Shown one piece after another: positions 27,772 to 38,026 of a stretch of 64,000 bases of DNA. The notes below the pieces were generated by a model, which worked only from the letters and a program-made list of their open reading frames with translations, was not told where the DNA came from and did no database searches. The position numbers and the translations under genes are program-made. How positions within the stretch are numbered: the stretch's first letter is position 1; every line of letters begins with the position of its first letter. This DNA is from a virus (taxonomy: Duplodnaviria > Heunggongvirae > Uroviricota > Caudoviricetes): IMG/VR virus record IMGVR_UViG_3300018080_000114, one strand, 5' to 3'.

Positions 27772-28782
27772 ATGTCAGAGTTGAACTTGTTATCGAGAGA
27801 GCAGTTGTTGGCGACATTGGAGCCAACGGAAGGGTTGTCACACAAGGATGTAGATCTTGGCTCAGCGGAGGCAGTTGAGTTCCAAGAGGTGATGAATGGG
27901 CAACCAGCGAGGGTGAGTATTTTGGGGGAGGAGCACCAGCTCACAGACGTAGGACTATCACAGTCAGCAACGTGCATCGGCATCCCAGCGTCTTACACAA
28001 AGAAGTGTCCGTACCATATGTTGCGGGAGCACTTGAACTATTGGTGTGGGGTTCCTGGAAATAAGATGCGGTTCTTCCTGCGTGATGGTAAGGTGGTGGG
28101 TGCATACAAGAATCAACCGGACTACCATTCAAACATGATGTTGCATGACAATGTGCTGGCCGGTGTCAAGGACACAGAGGTGTTGGGGTATCATCAGGTG
28201 TCCACTGATCTGAACTACTCTCGGTTCTGTGTGGTTCTGAACAAGACCTTTGAGCCTAAGACCGGAGACCCGTTGTACGGAGGGATCTCAGTGCAGAACA
28301 GCATCTTTGGGTCGAAGGCATTGGAGGTCACACCTTACATCTTCCGTCAGTGGTGCTCGAATGGAGCTATCACGTCAGAGAGTCTGAGCAAGTGGTCACG
28401 TCGGTCAAACAACACAGATGACATTGCTTTGTGGACTCAGTCAGCAGCGGATCGGAGTGTCAAGGAACTGGACTGTGAGTTCAATCGGATCAAGCAGCTC
28501 ACCGAGATCGGTGTGGTGGGTCAGTTGGACTGCACACTGAAGAGTATCTTTCGGAAGTTCGGGATTCCGACTCGTACCCAAGGTATCATTCGGGATGAAG
28601 TGTCGAAGCAAAACGATGGCATGGGCGCACAGACCATGTATGATGTGTGGAATGCAGTGACGGCTGTAGGTACACACAACCAAGCGTTGTCTCAGGAATC
28701 CGCACGTGACTTACAGCTGGTGGCGGGTGAGATGACCAAGGACTATGCGATGTGTGACAAGTGTCATCAGGTGATTTTGTAA
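27772..28782 (+). CDS. DUF932-like protein
   Basis: GGISVQNS..G...L.V....FRQWCSNGAI resembles the DUF932 family signature (R..C.NG). Confidence 0.6.
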   Translation: MSELNLLSREQLLATLEPTEGLSHKDVDLGSAEAVEFQEVMNGQPARVSILGEEHQLTDVGLSQSATCIGIPASYTKKCPYHMLREHLNYWCGVPGNKMRFFLRDGKVVGAYKNQPDYHSNMMLHDNVLAGVKDTEVLGYHQVSTDLNYSRFCVVLNKTFEPKTGDPLYGGISVQNSIFGSKALEVTPYIFRQWCSNGAITSESLSKWSRRSNNTDDIALWTQSAADRSVKELDCEFNRIKQLTEIGVVGQLDCTLKSIFRKFGIPTRTQGIIRDEVSKQNDGMGAQTMYDVWNAVTAVGTHNQALSQESARDLQLVAGEMTKDYAMCDKCHQVIL

Positions 28783-28794
28783 CGGAGACTCCCT

Positions 28795-29730
28795 ATGTTG
28801 TATCAACTAGTGAGACCAACCTCCCTGGAAGAAGTAGTAGGAAATGAGGAGACCATCGGTGCCCTGAGTAGAGCGCTCAAGGGCACCGTGCGTCCTCACG
28901 TGTACCTGTTGCATGGGCCGTATGGTTGTGGCAAGACCACCATTGCTCGTGTGCTGGCTACAATGTTTGGGTCAACGGAGCAGAGCACTTTTCTATATAA
29001 TGCTGCGAACACTCGTGGGATTGACACAGTGCGGGAGATCATTCGACACTGCCGCATGACGTCGATAGATGGGGCTCCGAAGACGATCATTCTAGATGAG
29101 AGTCATCAGCTTACTCCAGCGGCCCAGGAGGCTCTGTTGGATATCACAGACAATCCACCAGAGGATGCGTACTTCATTTTCTGCACCACAGCACCGAAGG
29201 AGATCATCAAGGGGATACGGAGCCGGTGTACGGATTACGTCGTACAGAAGCTGTCCTATGCTCAGGTGATGGAGATCCTGAGGCGGGCATGTAAGGCGAT
29301 GGAGTGGGACGTGAAGGAGCAAGTCCTTGAGGCCGTGGCTATGATTGCCAAGGGGTGTCCTCGTGAGGCTCTCGTTTCTCTAGAAAAAGTTCATGATGAG
29401 AAGGATCTGGATACAGCGATTCGGTTGATCGTCAAGGGGACGGAGAAGGATTCGAACATCATCGAGTTGGGGAAGATGTTGTTGCGGGTTCCGGAGAAGC
29501 GTAGGCGGGACTGGAAGAAGATCCTGACCCTGTACTACATCATCGAAGATGATCCAGAGCGACTGAGAAAAGCGCTATTGACATTCTTTTTGACGAACCT
29601 TCGCAAGTGTGAGAACGTAGAAGATGCAGAGGATATCGCTAAGGTGATTCGAATCTTCTCCGTGAATGTGTACTATGGAGGCAAGAGTGCCTTGGCAGCA
29701 TTGATTGTGAAGGCGTGTTTTGGAGAGTAG
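28795..29730 (+). CDS. Clamp loader / DNA polymerase III gamma-tau-like AAA+ ATPase
   Basis: LYQLVRP..L.EVVG; GPYGCGKTT; ILDESH; FCTT; IRSRC. Confidence 0.9.
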   Translation: MLYQLVRPTSLEEVVGNEETIGALSRALKGTVRPHVYLLHGPYGCGKTTIARVLATMFGSTEQSTFLYNAANTRGIDTVREIIRHCRMTSIDGAPKTIILDESHQLTPAAQEALLDITDNPPEDAYFIFCTTAPKEIIKGIRSRCTDYVVQKLSYAQVMEILRRACKAMEWDVKEQVLEAVAMIAKGCPREALVSLEKVHDEKDLDTAIRLIVKGTEKDSNIIELGKMLLRVPEKRRRDWKKILTLYYIIEDDPERLRKALLTFFLTNLRKCENVEDAEDIAKVIRIFSVNVYYGGKSALAALIVKACFGE

Positions 29731-29850
29731 TGAGATGGGCCAGCCAAAGAAGGGTAACAAGAAGCGTAGACGTGCGGCACGGAATGAGAGAAAGAAAACA
29801 CGAATGGTGCGACGTTAGGTCAAACTGTCAGGACAATTGGAGGATTTACT

Positions 29851-30834
29851 ATGGGTAGAGGTAGAGATCGTACAGCGGCAATCGAGAACGAGCAGCGTGA
29901 GGCTAACAACCGTGGAGGGAGCAAGTTCTTCTACGTGGACACAACGAAGCTGGATCGTTTGGGCATTTCGCAGTACAAGACGGAGAATGGGCCGAATGCG
30001 ATTCGTATCATCTCTCCGAAGTTTGAGACATACAAAGATCTTCCTTACTTCGGTAAGAAGGTGTACATTCACACGAAGATTGGGGCAGATGAGAGTACGT
30101 TCATCTGTTTGCGGAAGATGTTTGGTGAGCCGTGCCCTGTCTGTGAGTTGTACGAGCAGATGAAGGAGCAGAATGCGGATGATGAGGCGCTGAAAGATTT
30201 GGCTCCCAAGCTGCGGTATCTGTTCTTGGTGGTGGACATCAAGACCAAGGATACGGAAGCCAAGGGCCTGCGTTGGTATGATGCTCCAGTGGTGGTCAAT
30301 GACAATATCGCGGAGCTGTCTCAGGATCGTCGTCATGGGATCATTGATCCAAGCGATCCGGACAAGGGACGTGACATTGAGTTCACCCGTTCCGGTTCCG
30401 GATTGGGAACGAAGTACAAAGGGTTCCGGTTCTATGAGAATGAGCCGATTCCGGATGACTGGCTGGATGATGCGCCTGAGGATTTCGAGGAGCTGCTGAA
30501 GAAGACCCCGTATGAGGAGATGGCCCAGGCGGTTAATGGCACATCTTCACGTCGTCGTGGTTCGGATGAGGGTGGCGAGCGTCGTCGTCGTTCTCGCAGT
30601 GATTCGTCAGAGGGTGGTGAGCGTCGTCGTCGTGGTCGTTCTGATGAGGGGGATCAGCCTGAGGAAACAGTTCAGGATGAGGGCACTGGTCGCCGTCGTC
30701 GTCGGTCTCAGGATGCGGAAGAGGACTCTGGTTCACGGCGCAGACGTAGCAGTGATGCAGAGGCTCCGTCCGATGAAACCGCATCCAGAGTGAATGAGAT
30801 TTTGGATGAGCCTAGTGGAGATGAGGATGACTGA
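29851..30834 (+). CDS. Single-stranded DNA-binding protein (T4 gp32-like) with a repetitive charged tail
   Basis: H.KIG...FIC.....GEPCPVCE zinc motif; DPDKGRDIEFTR; acidic end; position among replication genes. Confidence 0.7.
   Translation: MGRGRDRTAAIENEQREANNRGGSKFFYVDTTKLDRLGISQYKTENGPNAIRIISPKFETYKDLPYFGKKVYIHTKIGADESTFICLRKMFGEPCPVCELYEQMKEQNADDEALKDLAPKLRYLFLVVDIKTKDTEAKGLRWYDAPVVVNDNIAELSQDRRHGIIDPSDPDKGRDIEFTRSGSGLGTKYKGFRFYENEPIPDDWLDDAPEDFEELLKKTPYEEMAQAVNGTSSRRRGSDEGGERRRRSRSDSSEGGERRRRGRSDEGDQPEETVQDEGTGRRRRRSQDAEEDSGSRRRRSSDAEAPSDETASRVNEILDEPSGDEDD
30551..30760 (+). repeat. Degenerate tandem repeats encoding (E/D)GxxRRRRS
   Basis: GAGGGTGG(C/T)GAGCGTCGTCGTCGT present twice, plus divergent copies. 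Confidence 0.8.
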
Positions 30835-31366
30835 GCAAGAGTTGAAATCGCACCTGAGTGAGTTTCGTGGTCAACTCTCCATTGATCCTGATGGTCTGGA
30901 ACAGGAGTGTGTTCAACAACCACTCCTGTTCTGTCAAATTGGGGAGCTGGCATCTGAGGCACGGTCTGACGCGAAGAAGGCGAAAGAGCATGTTGAGTAC
31001 GTGAAGGCGAAGTTGAAGGGTGACATGCGTACCAATCCCAAGACATATGGGTTGGATAAGGTCACGGACAAGGCAGTTGAGGCAGCGGTTCAGGCACATC
31101 CTGACACGCAGGCAGCAATCCGTGATCACATTGAGGCGAACAAGGCAGCAGACGCATTGTCTATCCTTCAGACAGCAGCCGAGCAGCGTAGAGCTATGCT
31201 CAAGAACTTGGTCGAGTTGGTCGTACATCGGTACTACAATTCAGGTGATGTGGGTTCGATGAAGGGACGCAAGAGCGAGAGTAACATGGAGGCAATCGTG
31301 GAGCTGCGGAATCGTAATCGTCGTCAGAGAGATCGGGATGACGAGGACACAGTGTACGAGGACTAG
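30827..31366 (+). CDS. Recombination mediator (UvsY-like), helical
   Basis: All-helical ORF between SSB and RecA, beginning L.ID...L..E...QP. Confidence 0.5.
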   Translation: MTEQELKSHLSEFRGQLSIDPDGLEQECVQQPLLFCQIGELASEARSDAKKAKEHVEYVKAKLKGDMRTNPKTYGLDKVTDKAVEAAVQAHPDTQAAIRDHIEANKAADALSILQTAAEQRRAMLKNLVELVVHRYYNSGDVGSMKGRKSESNMEAIVELRNRNRRQRDRDDEDTVYED

Positions 31367-31367
31367 T

Positions 31368-32447
31368 ATGCCGAGAAAGAAGAAAGACGCAGACATTTGT
31401 GATGAGGTTGAAGAGCTGTCACAGGAGTGTGACTTGTTGGATCTGCCTCCAGTAGAGGATTGGATTCAGACCGGCTGTACTCAGCTGGACTTGGCGGTTG
31501 CCAATCGGTTTCCTGGAGGTCTGCCAGCTGGACGCATCACACAGATCTATGGTGGCAGCAGCACAGCTAAGAGCTTGTTTGCTTACACTACCATGGGCTA
31601 TGCTCAGCGCTCAGGTTACGAGACATACTACGATGACACAGAGCGGTCGATTAATCCGGAATTCACTACCATGTGTGGGATGGACATGCGGCATCCGAAG
31701 TTCCACCTGTGGCATTCGGAGACGATTGAAGAGCTGTTCGACAAGAACATCGGTGGCTTGGTGGCTGAGGTGGATAAGGTAAAGGCGAAAGCAAAGAAAG
31801 AGGGAAAGACGGTAGAGATCCCGAAACGGCTGGTGGTGGTGGACAGTATCACTGTGTTGCCTGCGGAGATTGAGCAGGACAAGAAGATGGATGAGCAGGG
31901 GTACGGAGCATATCGCGCCAAGCAGATTCACCTTGGGTTGAGATCATGGGGACGTCGTGCGTTGGATGCAAACATCACCATCCTGGTGATCGATCAGACA
32001 CGTGCGAATGTGAAGTCTCCCTTTGCGTCTGAGACCACAGTGGGTGGATTGGGTCTGGAGTTCTGGTCGTCCGTGCGTATTTACCTGAAGGGCAAGGCCA
32101 AGATTCAGAATGCGAAGAAGGTGAACATTGGCACGTGGGTAGACTCTACGGTGGTCAAGACTAGGTTCGGCCCTGCGTTCCGTGGTGGGCTGTTCCGTAT
32201 TCAGTATGACTATGGTCTGGATGACATCTCTTCGAATCTGGTTCTGTTGGCTAAGTGCCAAGGGTGTACGGATAAAGAGCTGATGCTACTCACTACGAAG
32301 GTGCAGTTCAAGGGTGAGGAGTATACGATCAAGAAGTGGGTCAAGGTCATTGAGGAGAATGGTTGGGAAGATGAGTTGCGTAAGCAAGCCTGGGAAGAGT
32401 GGCAGGATTTGTACGCGAGCGATCCCAGAAAGGAACGCAAATGGTAG
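31368..32447 (+). CDS. recA: RecA/UvsX-like recombinase
   Basis: TG...LD.A..GGLP.GRITQIYG; atypical P-loop GGSSTAKS; DTE; VVVDS; ETT.GG..L.F.SSVRI. Confidence 0.9.
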   Translation: MPRKKKDADICDEVEELSQECDLLDLPPVEDWIQTGCTQLDLAVANRFPGGLPAGRITQIYGGSSTAKSLFAYTTMGYAQRSGYETYYDDTERSINPEFTTMCGMDMRHPKFHLWHSETIEELFDKNIGGLVAEVDKVKAKAKKEGKTVEIPKRLVVVDSITVLPAEIEQDKKMDEQGYGAYRAKQIHLGLRSWGRRALDANITILVIDQTRANVKSPFASETTVGGLGLEFWSSVRIYLKGKAKIQNAKKVNIGTWVDSTVVKTRFGPAFRGGLFRIQYDYGLDDISSNLVLLAKCQGCTDKELMLLTTKVQFKGEEYTIKKWVKVIEENGWEDELRKQAWEEWQDLYASDPRKERKW

Positions 32448-33163
32448 TCATCGGATGTGACGTTTCTCTGAACCATGGAGGGTTCTGTTTTTTTGATTCC
32501 AAGGGAGAGGTGTGTTCATGGAGATTCTTCCATGACGTGAAGAAGTACGTGACGGCTGAGCCGGATCATGGTGTGCTCACAGGAATGAAGAAGGGAAAGG
32601 ATGAGACGTCACATGCATATGATGTGAGGCGTGCGTTCAATTACCGTAACTTGTTTGCAGAGCACATCTTACGAGCGGTGCCGGATGGTCTTCGAGATGC
32701 ATACTTCAGTGTGGAGGGGTATGCAATTCATCAGGGAATGAGTAGTACGAATCGGTTGTTGCAGATTGCCGAGCTGACTGGTCTACTAAAGGACCAGATC
32801 TATGCGAGTAGTGGGAAGATGAGAATCCACGATCCCATGTCGGTGAAGATGTTTGCGTGTCACGGTCGTGCCACAAAGATGGAGATGCGTGAGGCAGCAG
32901 CGGAGAATGGGTTTGAGCTTCCGGACACGTTGTTCAAGGCAAAGAAGGTCAAGGGCAAGAGTGATGATGTGGATGGTCCTGGCACAGATGTGATTGATGC
33001 GTACTGGTTGGGGAAGATGCTGGTGACAGAGATGAAGCTGCGCTCTGGTATTCTACTCATGTCAGATCTGCCTCCAAATCAGATCAAGATATTCAACCGT
33101 GTGACCAAGGCATTCCCGGTGAATGTGTTGGCGCGTCCATTCGTAGGGGCAACGGATGATTGA
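32441..33163 (+). CDS. RuvC-like Holliday junction resolvase
   Basis: VIGCDVSL..GG; SVEGYA; P.SVK.FA..G.ATK; D..DAY. Confidence 0.8.
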   Translation: MVVIGCDVSLNHGGFCFFDSKGEVCSWRFFHDVKKYVTAEPDHGVLTGMKKGKDETSHAYDVRRAFNYRNLFAEHILRAVPDGLRDAYFSVEGYAIHQGMSSTNRLLQIAELTGLLKDQIYASSGKMRIHDPMSVKMFACHGRATKMEMREAAAENGFELPDTLFKAKKVKGKSDDVDGPGTDVIDAYWLGKMLVTEMKLRSGILLMSDLPPNQIKIFNRVTKAFPVNVLARPFVGATDD

Positions 33164-34229
33164 GCAGATTCATGTGAAGAACTTTGAGTCTCATGAGGAC
33201 AGTGTGTTTGATCTGTCTCCTGGGGTGAATGCGATAGTGGGTGACTCTCATGTGGGGAAGTCTGCCATTCGTAGGTTGCTCCATTGGCTCAATATGAATC
33301 GTCCGTTAGGTAGTGACTTCATCAAGAAAGGCACTAAGAGAACGTATGCTCGGCTTCAGTTTGACGATGGTGTGGTGACACGGACAAAGACAGCGAAGAC
33401 GGGCAAGTACGAGTTGGATAGTGAGCCCGATCCGTTCACTGCTTTTGGGACTGGGGTTCCGGAGAAGGTGACAGATCTGATTCGCTTGTCTGATGTGAAC
33501 TTTCAGACACAGCATGGATCGTTCTTCTTGTTGCAGGATTCACCAGGGAACGTGGCATCCTATCTGCGATCTGTGACAGGTCTGGATGATCTGACAACTG
33601 TGGCCTCTGACATCTCTACTAGGCTGCGGTCTACCAAAGGATGCCTGACTACAACGAAGCAGGATCTTGAGGAGATGCAGGAGGAACTGGAGCAGTTAGA
33701 GCAGTTGGACATTCAGAGGCTGGAGGAATGCATACAGGCGTACAAGGAATTGGAAGAGCGGAATGCTGCGATTCAAAGTGAGCACCAATCTTTGGGCCGC
33801 ATTGTGGAGCGGTTAGAGGATCTAGAAGCCGCACCTACAGTGTCGGAGGAGGTTGCGGAGGGTCTATTTCAGAGGATGGACGAACTAATTGAGGACGGGG
33901 AACGTATAGATGATAAGAGGTTCCAGTTGCGAACGGCTCTGGAACGGATCGATGAGGTGGATGTGGAGGCAGTTGAGGTTCGTGAGGGGCTGCTGGAAGA
34001 TGTGCAGAAGGTCATTGCCACATATCAAACGAACATGGGTAGATCGGATGATTTGGATGGTTCCCTCAAGCGTCTGATTGCATTGGACAAGAGTGCGAAG
34101 CATGATGAGTTTAGGTTGGTAGAGCTGCGTGAGGAGGAGCGGGATTTGTTGTCACAGTTGACGGACTGTCCGCACTGTGGTGTGGCCTTGACTGAGGAAT
34201 CACGTGAGAGATTGATTGAGGATGCATGA
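33156..34229 (+). CDS. sbcC: SbcC/Rad50-like ATPase, N-terminal half
   Basis: I..I.VKNFESH; Walker A GDSHVGKS; Q-loop; coiled coil ending in the zinc-hook CPHC. Confidence 0.85.
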   Translation: MIEQIHVKNFESHEDSVFDLSPGVNAIVGDSHVGKSAIRRLLHWLNMNRPLGSDFIKKGTKRTYARLQFDDGVVTRTKTAKTGKYELDSEPDPFTAFGTGVPEKVTDLIRLSDVNFQTQHGSFFLLQDSPGNVASYLRSVTGLDDLTTVASDISTRLRSTKGCLTTTKQDLEEMQEELEQLEQLDIQRLEECIQAYKELEERNAAIQSEHQSLGRIVERLEDLEAAPTVSEEVAEGLFQRMDELIEDGERIDDKRFQLRTALERIDEVDVEAVEVREGLLEDVQKVIATYQTNMGRSDDLDGSLKRLIALDKSAKHDEFRLVELREEERDLLSQLTDCPHCGVALTEESRERLIEDA

Positions 34230-34819
34230 TGAAGACGTGGGTGATTTCAGATACACACTTGTTTCACACGAAGATGACCGAGCTGTGTGGTCGTCCTGAG
34301 GATTTCACTGCTCTGATCGTGAGGAACTGGAGTAATATGGTGGGGCCTGAGGATGTGGTGTATCACCTGGGTGATGTTGGATTCTACAAGAAGGGTGAGT
34401 TCTCTGGTTTGATTCGGGGACTGCCTGGGACGAAGATCCTGATTCGTGGGAATCACGATAAGTTCCCGGTTGCATGGTATCTGGACAATGGATTCATTGC
34501 GGTCATGGATCGTGCGGTGGTGAACGTAGTCTACCGTAAGGGAATCAAGAAGCCGATGAACAGGTACTACCGTGTGCTGTTGTCACACAAGCCGATCAAG
34601 ATTGGGCAGAGTTCATTCGGTGATGTGGACTTCAATGTGCATGGGCACTTCCACAACAATTCTCCACACTATTGGGAAGCACCACTGTTGCGTGTGTTGA
34701 CTCCGAAGCACTTGCTGTTCGCGCTGGAGGATACAGCTTACAAGCCTTTGGATCTGGCAGCAGCATTGAAGCACGGACAGTTGTTGCCGACTCAGGGTCG
34801 CATCGGAGTGAAGCAATGA
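34226..34819 (+). CDS. Calcineurin-like metallophosphoesterase
   Basis: ISDTH.FH, LGDV, GNHD, LSHKP, VHGHFH. Confidence 0.9.
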   Translation: MMKTWVISDTHLFHTKMTELCGRPEDFTALIVRNWSNMVGPEDVVYHLGDVGFYKKGEFSGLIRGLPGTKILIRGNHDKFPVAWYLDNGFIAVMDRAVVNVVYRKGIKKPMNRYYRVLLSHKPIKIGQSSFGDVDFNVHGHFHNNSPHYWEAPLLRVLTPKHLLFALEDTAYKPLDLAAALKHGQLLPTQGRIGVKQ

Positions 34820-35724
34820 AGCTTGGGATCTTAGGCGACCTACATATTCATAGCAAGGCTCCGGAGCGAAGGCAGGATGCGGACTATCTAGATACATGTC
34901 GCATCAAGTTGTATAGATCTCTGAAGCTGCTGAAAGATTGTGATGTGATCATTCAGGTGGGTGACTTCTTCGATTCGTATGCGGTGTCGAATAGGGTCAC
35001 GGCCATGGCAATAGATACTATTCGGTGGGCAGGCAGAGAGATTCTCTGTGTGTATGGGCAGCATGATCTCTCTTCGCATGCGGCGAGCACCATTCAGAAT
35101 TCTCCATTACAGGTGTTGCGAGCAGCTGGTGTGGTGCGACTGTTGGGCGCTGATCCAGTTGGGTTTGGAGAAGAGGATGTGATGTTTTACGGTGCTCCTT
35201 TTGGTCAGGATATTCCGCAGGTGGTGGATGATGATAGGTTCAAGGTTTTGGTGACCCATCGTATGATTGGGGATCGTCCGTTGTATCCAGGCCATGAGCT
35301 TCAGGGTCCACGGTCGTTTCTTCGGAAGTATCCAGACTTTGATCTGGTGTGCTGTGGCGACTATCACTACAGGTTTGATGATGGAGTGGGGAACAGGGTC
35401 ATACTGAATCCTGGTGTCATGATGAGAAAGACACTGAAGGAGGCAGACATGGAACACGAGCCTGCGGTCTACTCGTTTGACACGCAGGAGAGAAAGTTCA
35501 AGATCATCCCTGTCCCATGTGAGCCCATCGAGAAGGTCATGGACCTGGAGCGTAAGGAGAAGCATGAGCCTCTTGAGTTGGAGGAATTCATTCGCAAGCT
35601 CCAATTGGGCAAGGCTACACAGATCGGATGGAAGAACATCATGCTTCGCGTAATGGAGCAACGGAAGACAGGGGACCGTGTGCGAGGAGTAATCGCAGAG
35701 TCTACAGTGAAGTTGGAGAGATGA
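34816..35724 (+). CDS. sbcD: SbcD/Mre11-like nuclease
   Basis: LGDLH, GDFFD, GQHD, VTH, GDYH, NPG. Confidence 0.88.
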   Translation: MKLGILGDLHIHSKAPERRQDADYLDTCRIKLYRSLKLLKDCDVIIQVGDFFDSYAVSNRVTAMAIDTIRWAGREILCVYGQHDLSSHAASTIQNSPLQVLRAAGVVRLLGADPVGFGEEDVMFYGAPFGQDIPQVVDDDRFKVLVTHRMIGDRPLYPGHELQGPRSFLRKYPDFDLVCCGDYHYRFDDGVGNRVILNPGVMMRKTLKEADMEHEPAVYSFDTQERKFKIIPVPCEPIEKVMDLERKEKHEPLELEEFIRKLQLGKATQIGWKNIMLRVMEQRKTGDRVRGVIAESTVKLER

Positions 35725-35725
35725 G

Positions 35726-35995
35726 ATGGCAGACATTGTTGGTAGTCTGAAACGAAAGAGATCACAGATTGATGAACTGCTCAAGGATCAGACTCGTCGT
35801 GAGGGGGAGAAGAAAGCGTTGCTCGATAGTTTGAAGAGTGACTTCGAAGTGGAGAGCATCGCGGAGGCAGAGACGAAACTGAATGAGCTTGATGAGGAGT
35901 TGGATGCAAATGAAGATTCCATGCGTGAGTTGGATAGGGAGATGGCTGCGATCCTCCAGGCAGCAGAAGATGCAAAGAGCGGCGAAGGTTCGTGA
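35726..35995 (+). CDS. Coiled-coil protein, possibly the middle piece of the split SbcC
   Basis: Heptad-rich 89-aa ORF between SbcD and the SbcC C-terminal half. Confidence 0.6.
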   Translation: MADIVGSLKRKRSQIDELLKDQTRREGEKKALLDSLKSDFEVESIAEAETKLNELDEELDANEDSMRELDREMAAILQAAEDAKSGEGS

Positions 35996-36189
35996 CATTG
36001 ACGGTCGTTGGTCTTTGGCTGGGTATGCAATCTTGTGTACAGATCAGAGTACGGGACAGCCTTACTGGCACACCTACAATGGTGAGGGTGACGATGAGTG
36101 CAAGTTGTCTCTGCGACAGCCAGCTGTGTTTCCAACGAAGAAGCTTCCTTTGAATTCAGTGATCCGTGTCTATATTCCGAGAGGCAGTG

Positions 36190-36807
36190 ATGAGCCAGAT
36201 CAAGCGATATGAGGAAGCACTGTCCGACACAAAGGCTGAGATCAAGCACCTGAGGGGGAAGATTCAGGAGAAGTCTGAGGCCGTGGAAGAGCTGATTCAG
36301 CTGGTGGCTGATTTGACAGATGCTCAGGAGATTATGAACATCACAGGGACCTTGGCGCAGGAGGAGTTCGAGGGATACATCGCGGGAATGGTGACGGAGG
36401 CTTTGCAGTTGGTGTTCGGTGCGGACTACGTGTTTGAGATTCAGACGGAGATCGTGCGGAACCAGCCAGAGACAAGGTTCTTCGTGGTGGAGAATGGCAT
36501 CCGGTTGCCGACAAAGGAAGACGCTGTCGGTGGTGGGATGCTGGATCTCATTTCCATGGTTTTGCGTGTGGTGGTCTGGTCTATTCATGAGCATCGGACA
36601 AGGCCAGTGATGCTGCTGGATGAGCCAGGAAAGAATCTGGATCGGAACAAGATCGATCAGTTCGTGGAGATGATCAAGAAGTTCCATGAGCTGTTGGGAA
36701 TCCAGTTCATCATCGTGACACACGATAACAAGATAATTGAGATGGCAGATCGGGCGTTCAGAGTGACACGTTCGGATGGAACCGCTACAGTGACTATGGT
36801 AAAGTAG
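36190..36807 (+). CDS. sbcC: SbcC/Rad50-like ATPase, C-terminal half
   Basis: Signature-like VGGG, Walker B MLLDEP, H-loop IIVTH. Confidence 0.85.
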   Translation: MSQIKRYEEALSDTKAEIKHLRGKIQEKSEAVEELIQLVADLTDAQEIMNITGTLAQEEFEGYIAGMVTEALQLVFGADYVFEIQTEIVRNQPETRFFVVENGIRLPTKEDAVGGGMLDLISMVLRVVVWSIHEHRTRPVMLLDEPGKNLDRNKIDQFVEMIKKFHELLGIQFIIVTHDNKIIEMADRAFRVTRSDGTATVTMVK

Positions 36808-36818
36808 GAGGAAGAGCA

Positions 36819-37511
36819 ATGAAGAAACTGTTGATTGGATTGGTGTTGGTGTTGTCAGCTCTCACGGCAGCAGTGGGTGTGGGATGTGCGAGCATGAGTG
36901 CGTATATCACACCGGCATCGATTGACAAGAAGGCTGTGGAGTTTGTGGTCGAGTCAGGGGTGGCAGACCCAAACGAGTTTAAGGGCTGGGCTAATCTGCA
37001 CAAGGCACTGAAGTTGGACTCATACGTGGACATGGCCTATGAGGTGCGGCATACTGTGTTGAAGCAGGAGATTGAGAATCTGGTCATTAGCTACAATCAT
37101 CTCAATGAAATTGTCACTAAGAATTTGGAGGATGCACAGAAACGTGAGGAGGCTCTCTTTGCGGATGGAGGTGCGTTCTCTACTATATTGACTGCTAGTG
37201 GGCTTGGCGCATTTACAGGCTTACTGGGATTGTTCCGGAAGCGTCCTGGTGATATGACGAAGGAAGACTTCCAGAAGGCGGTGGCGTCAGTTCAGGGTGA
37301 GTTGGGGATTAAGGATCAGCAGTTTGCTCAGGTGGTGACGGGGGTTGAGAAGATCATGAAGGGCAAGGATCAGATCACTTCGTTGCTAACGAAGGAGGGT
37401 GATGCAGCCACGAAGACGGATGAGATTCTCAAGTTGATGAAGACGTGCTTGGGCAGAGCACAGGATGCGTCCACACAGCAAGAGGTGGCGAAGGTGAGGG
37501 CCACTGTCTGA
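36819..37511 (+). CDS. Putative lipoprotein/membrane protein
   Basis: Signal peptide with GVGC; second hydrophobic segment; helical. Confidence 0.65.
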   Translation: MKKLLIGLVLVLSALTAAVGVGCASMSAYITPASIDKKAVEFVVESGVADPNEFKGWANLHKALKLDSYVDMAYEVRHTVLKQEIENLVISYNHLNEIVTKNLEDAQKREEALFADGGAFSTILTASGLGAFTGLLGLFRKRPGDMTKEDFQKAVASVQGELGIKDQQFAQVVTGVEKIMKGKDQITSLLTKEGDAATKTDEILKLMKTCLGRAQDASTQQEVAKVRATV

Positions 37512-38026
37512 TGTGGTTCAAAGAAGATGTGAGACTGGTGATGTTGGATCGGGAGCCTGGAGAACTATGCAGGCTCCCTTACCCCAATCATCCTAAAGGG
37601 TGTCCGAACTATGGGAAGAAGGATCTGTGTCCTCCGAGGTGTCCAAAGTTGGAAGCGGCATTTCGTATGGATCAACCTTTCCATTTGGTGTGGATGAGGT
37701 TTGACATTGGGTCACATGCGCGCAGGATGAAAGCATTGCATCCGGAGTGGTCGGAGCGTCAGTGTTATTGTTGTTTGTATTGGCAGGGCACAGTGCGGTC
37801 CAGGCTCCGGGATTTAGAAGATTGCTTTCTCAACACACTTTATGACGATGGTTATTATGGTCATCCTGAGTGCGTGGCTACCCAGTGTGCTGAGGCAATG
37901 GGTGTGAATCTCACAGAGACAATGAAGCTGAATTGTGACATAGAGTTGGAGTGGCCTCCGAAGGAAACCGTGTACAAGATCTCCTTGATCGGAACGCCAA
38001 CAGACGAATGGAGAGACAAGTTATGA
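37511..38026 (+). CDS. DUF2284-like predicted metal-binding protein
   Basis: C.....CPNYG....CPP motif and EAMG.N. Confidence 0.65.
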   Translation: MWFKEDVRLVMLDREPGELCRLPYPNHPKGCPNYGKKDLCPPRCPKLEAAFRMDQPFHLVWMRFDIGSHARRMKALHPEWSERQCYCCLYWQGTVRSRLRDLEDCFLNTLYDDGYYGHPECVATQCAEAMGVNLTETMKLNCDIELEWPPKETVYKISLIGTPTDEWRDKL

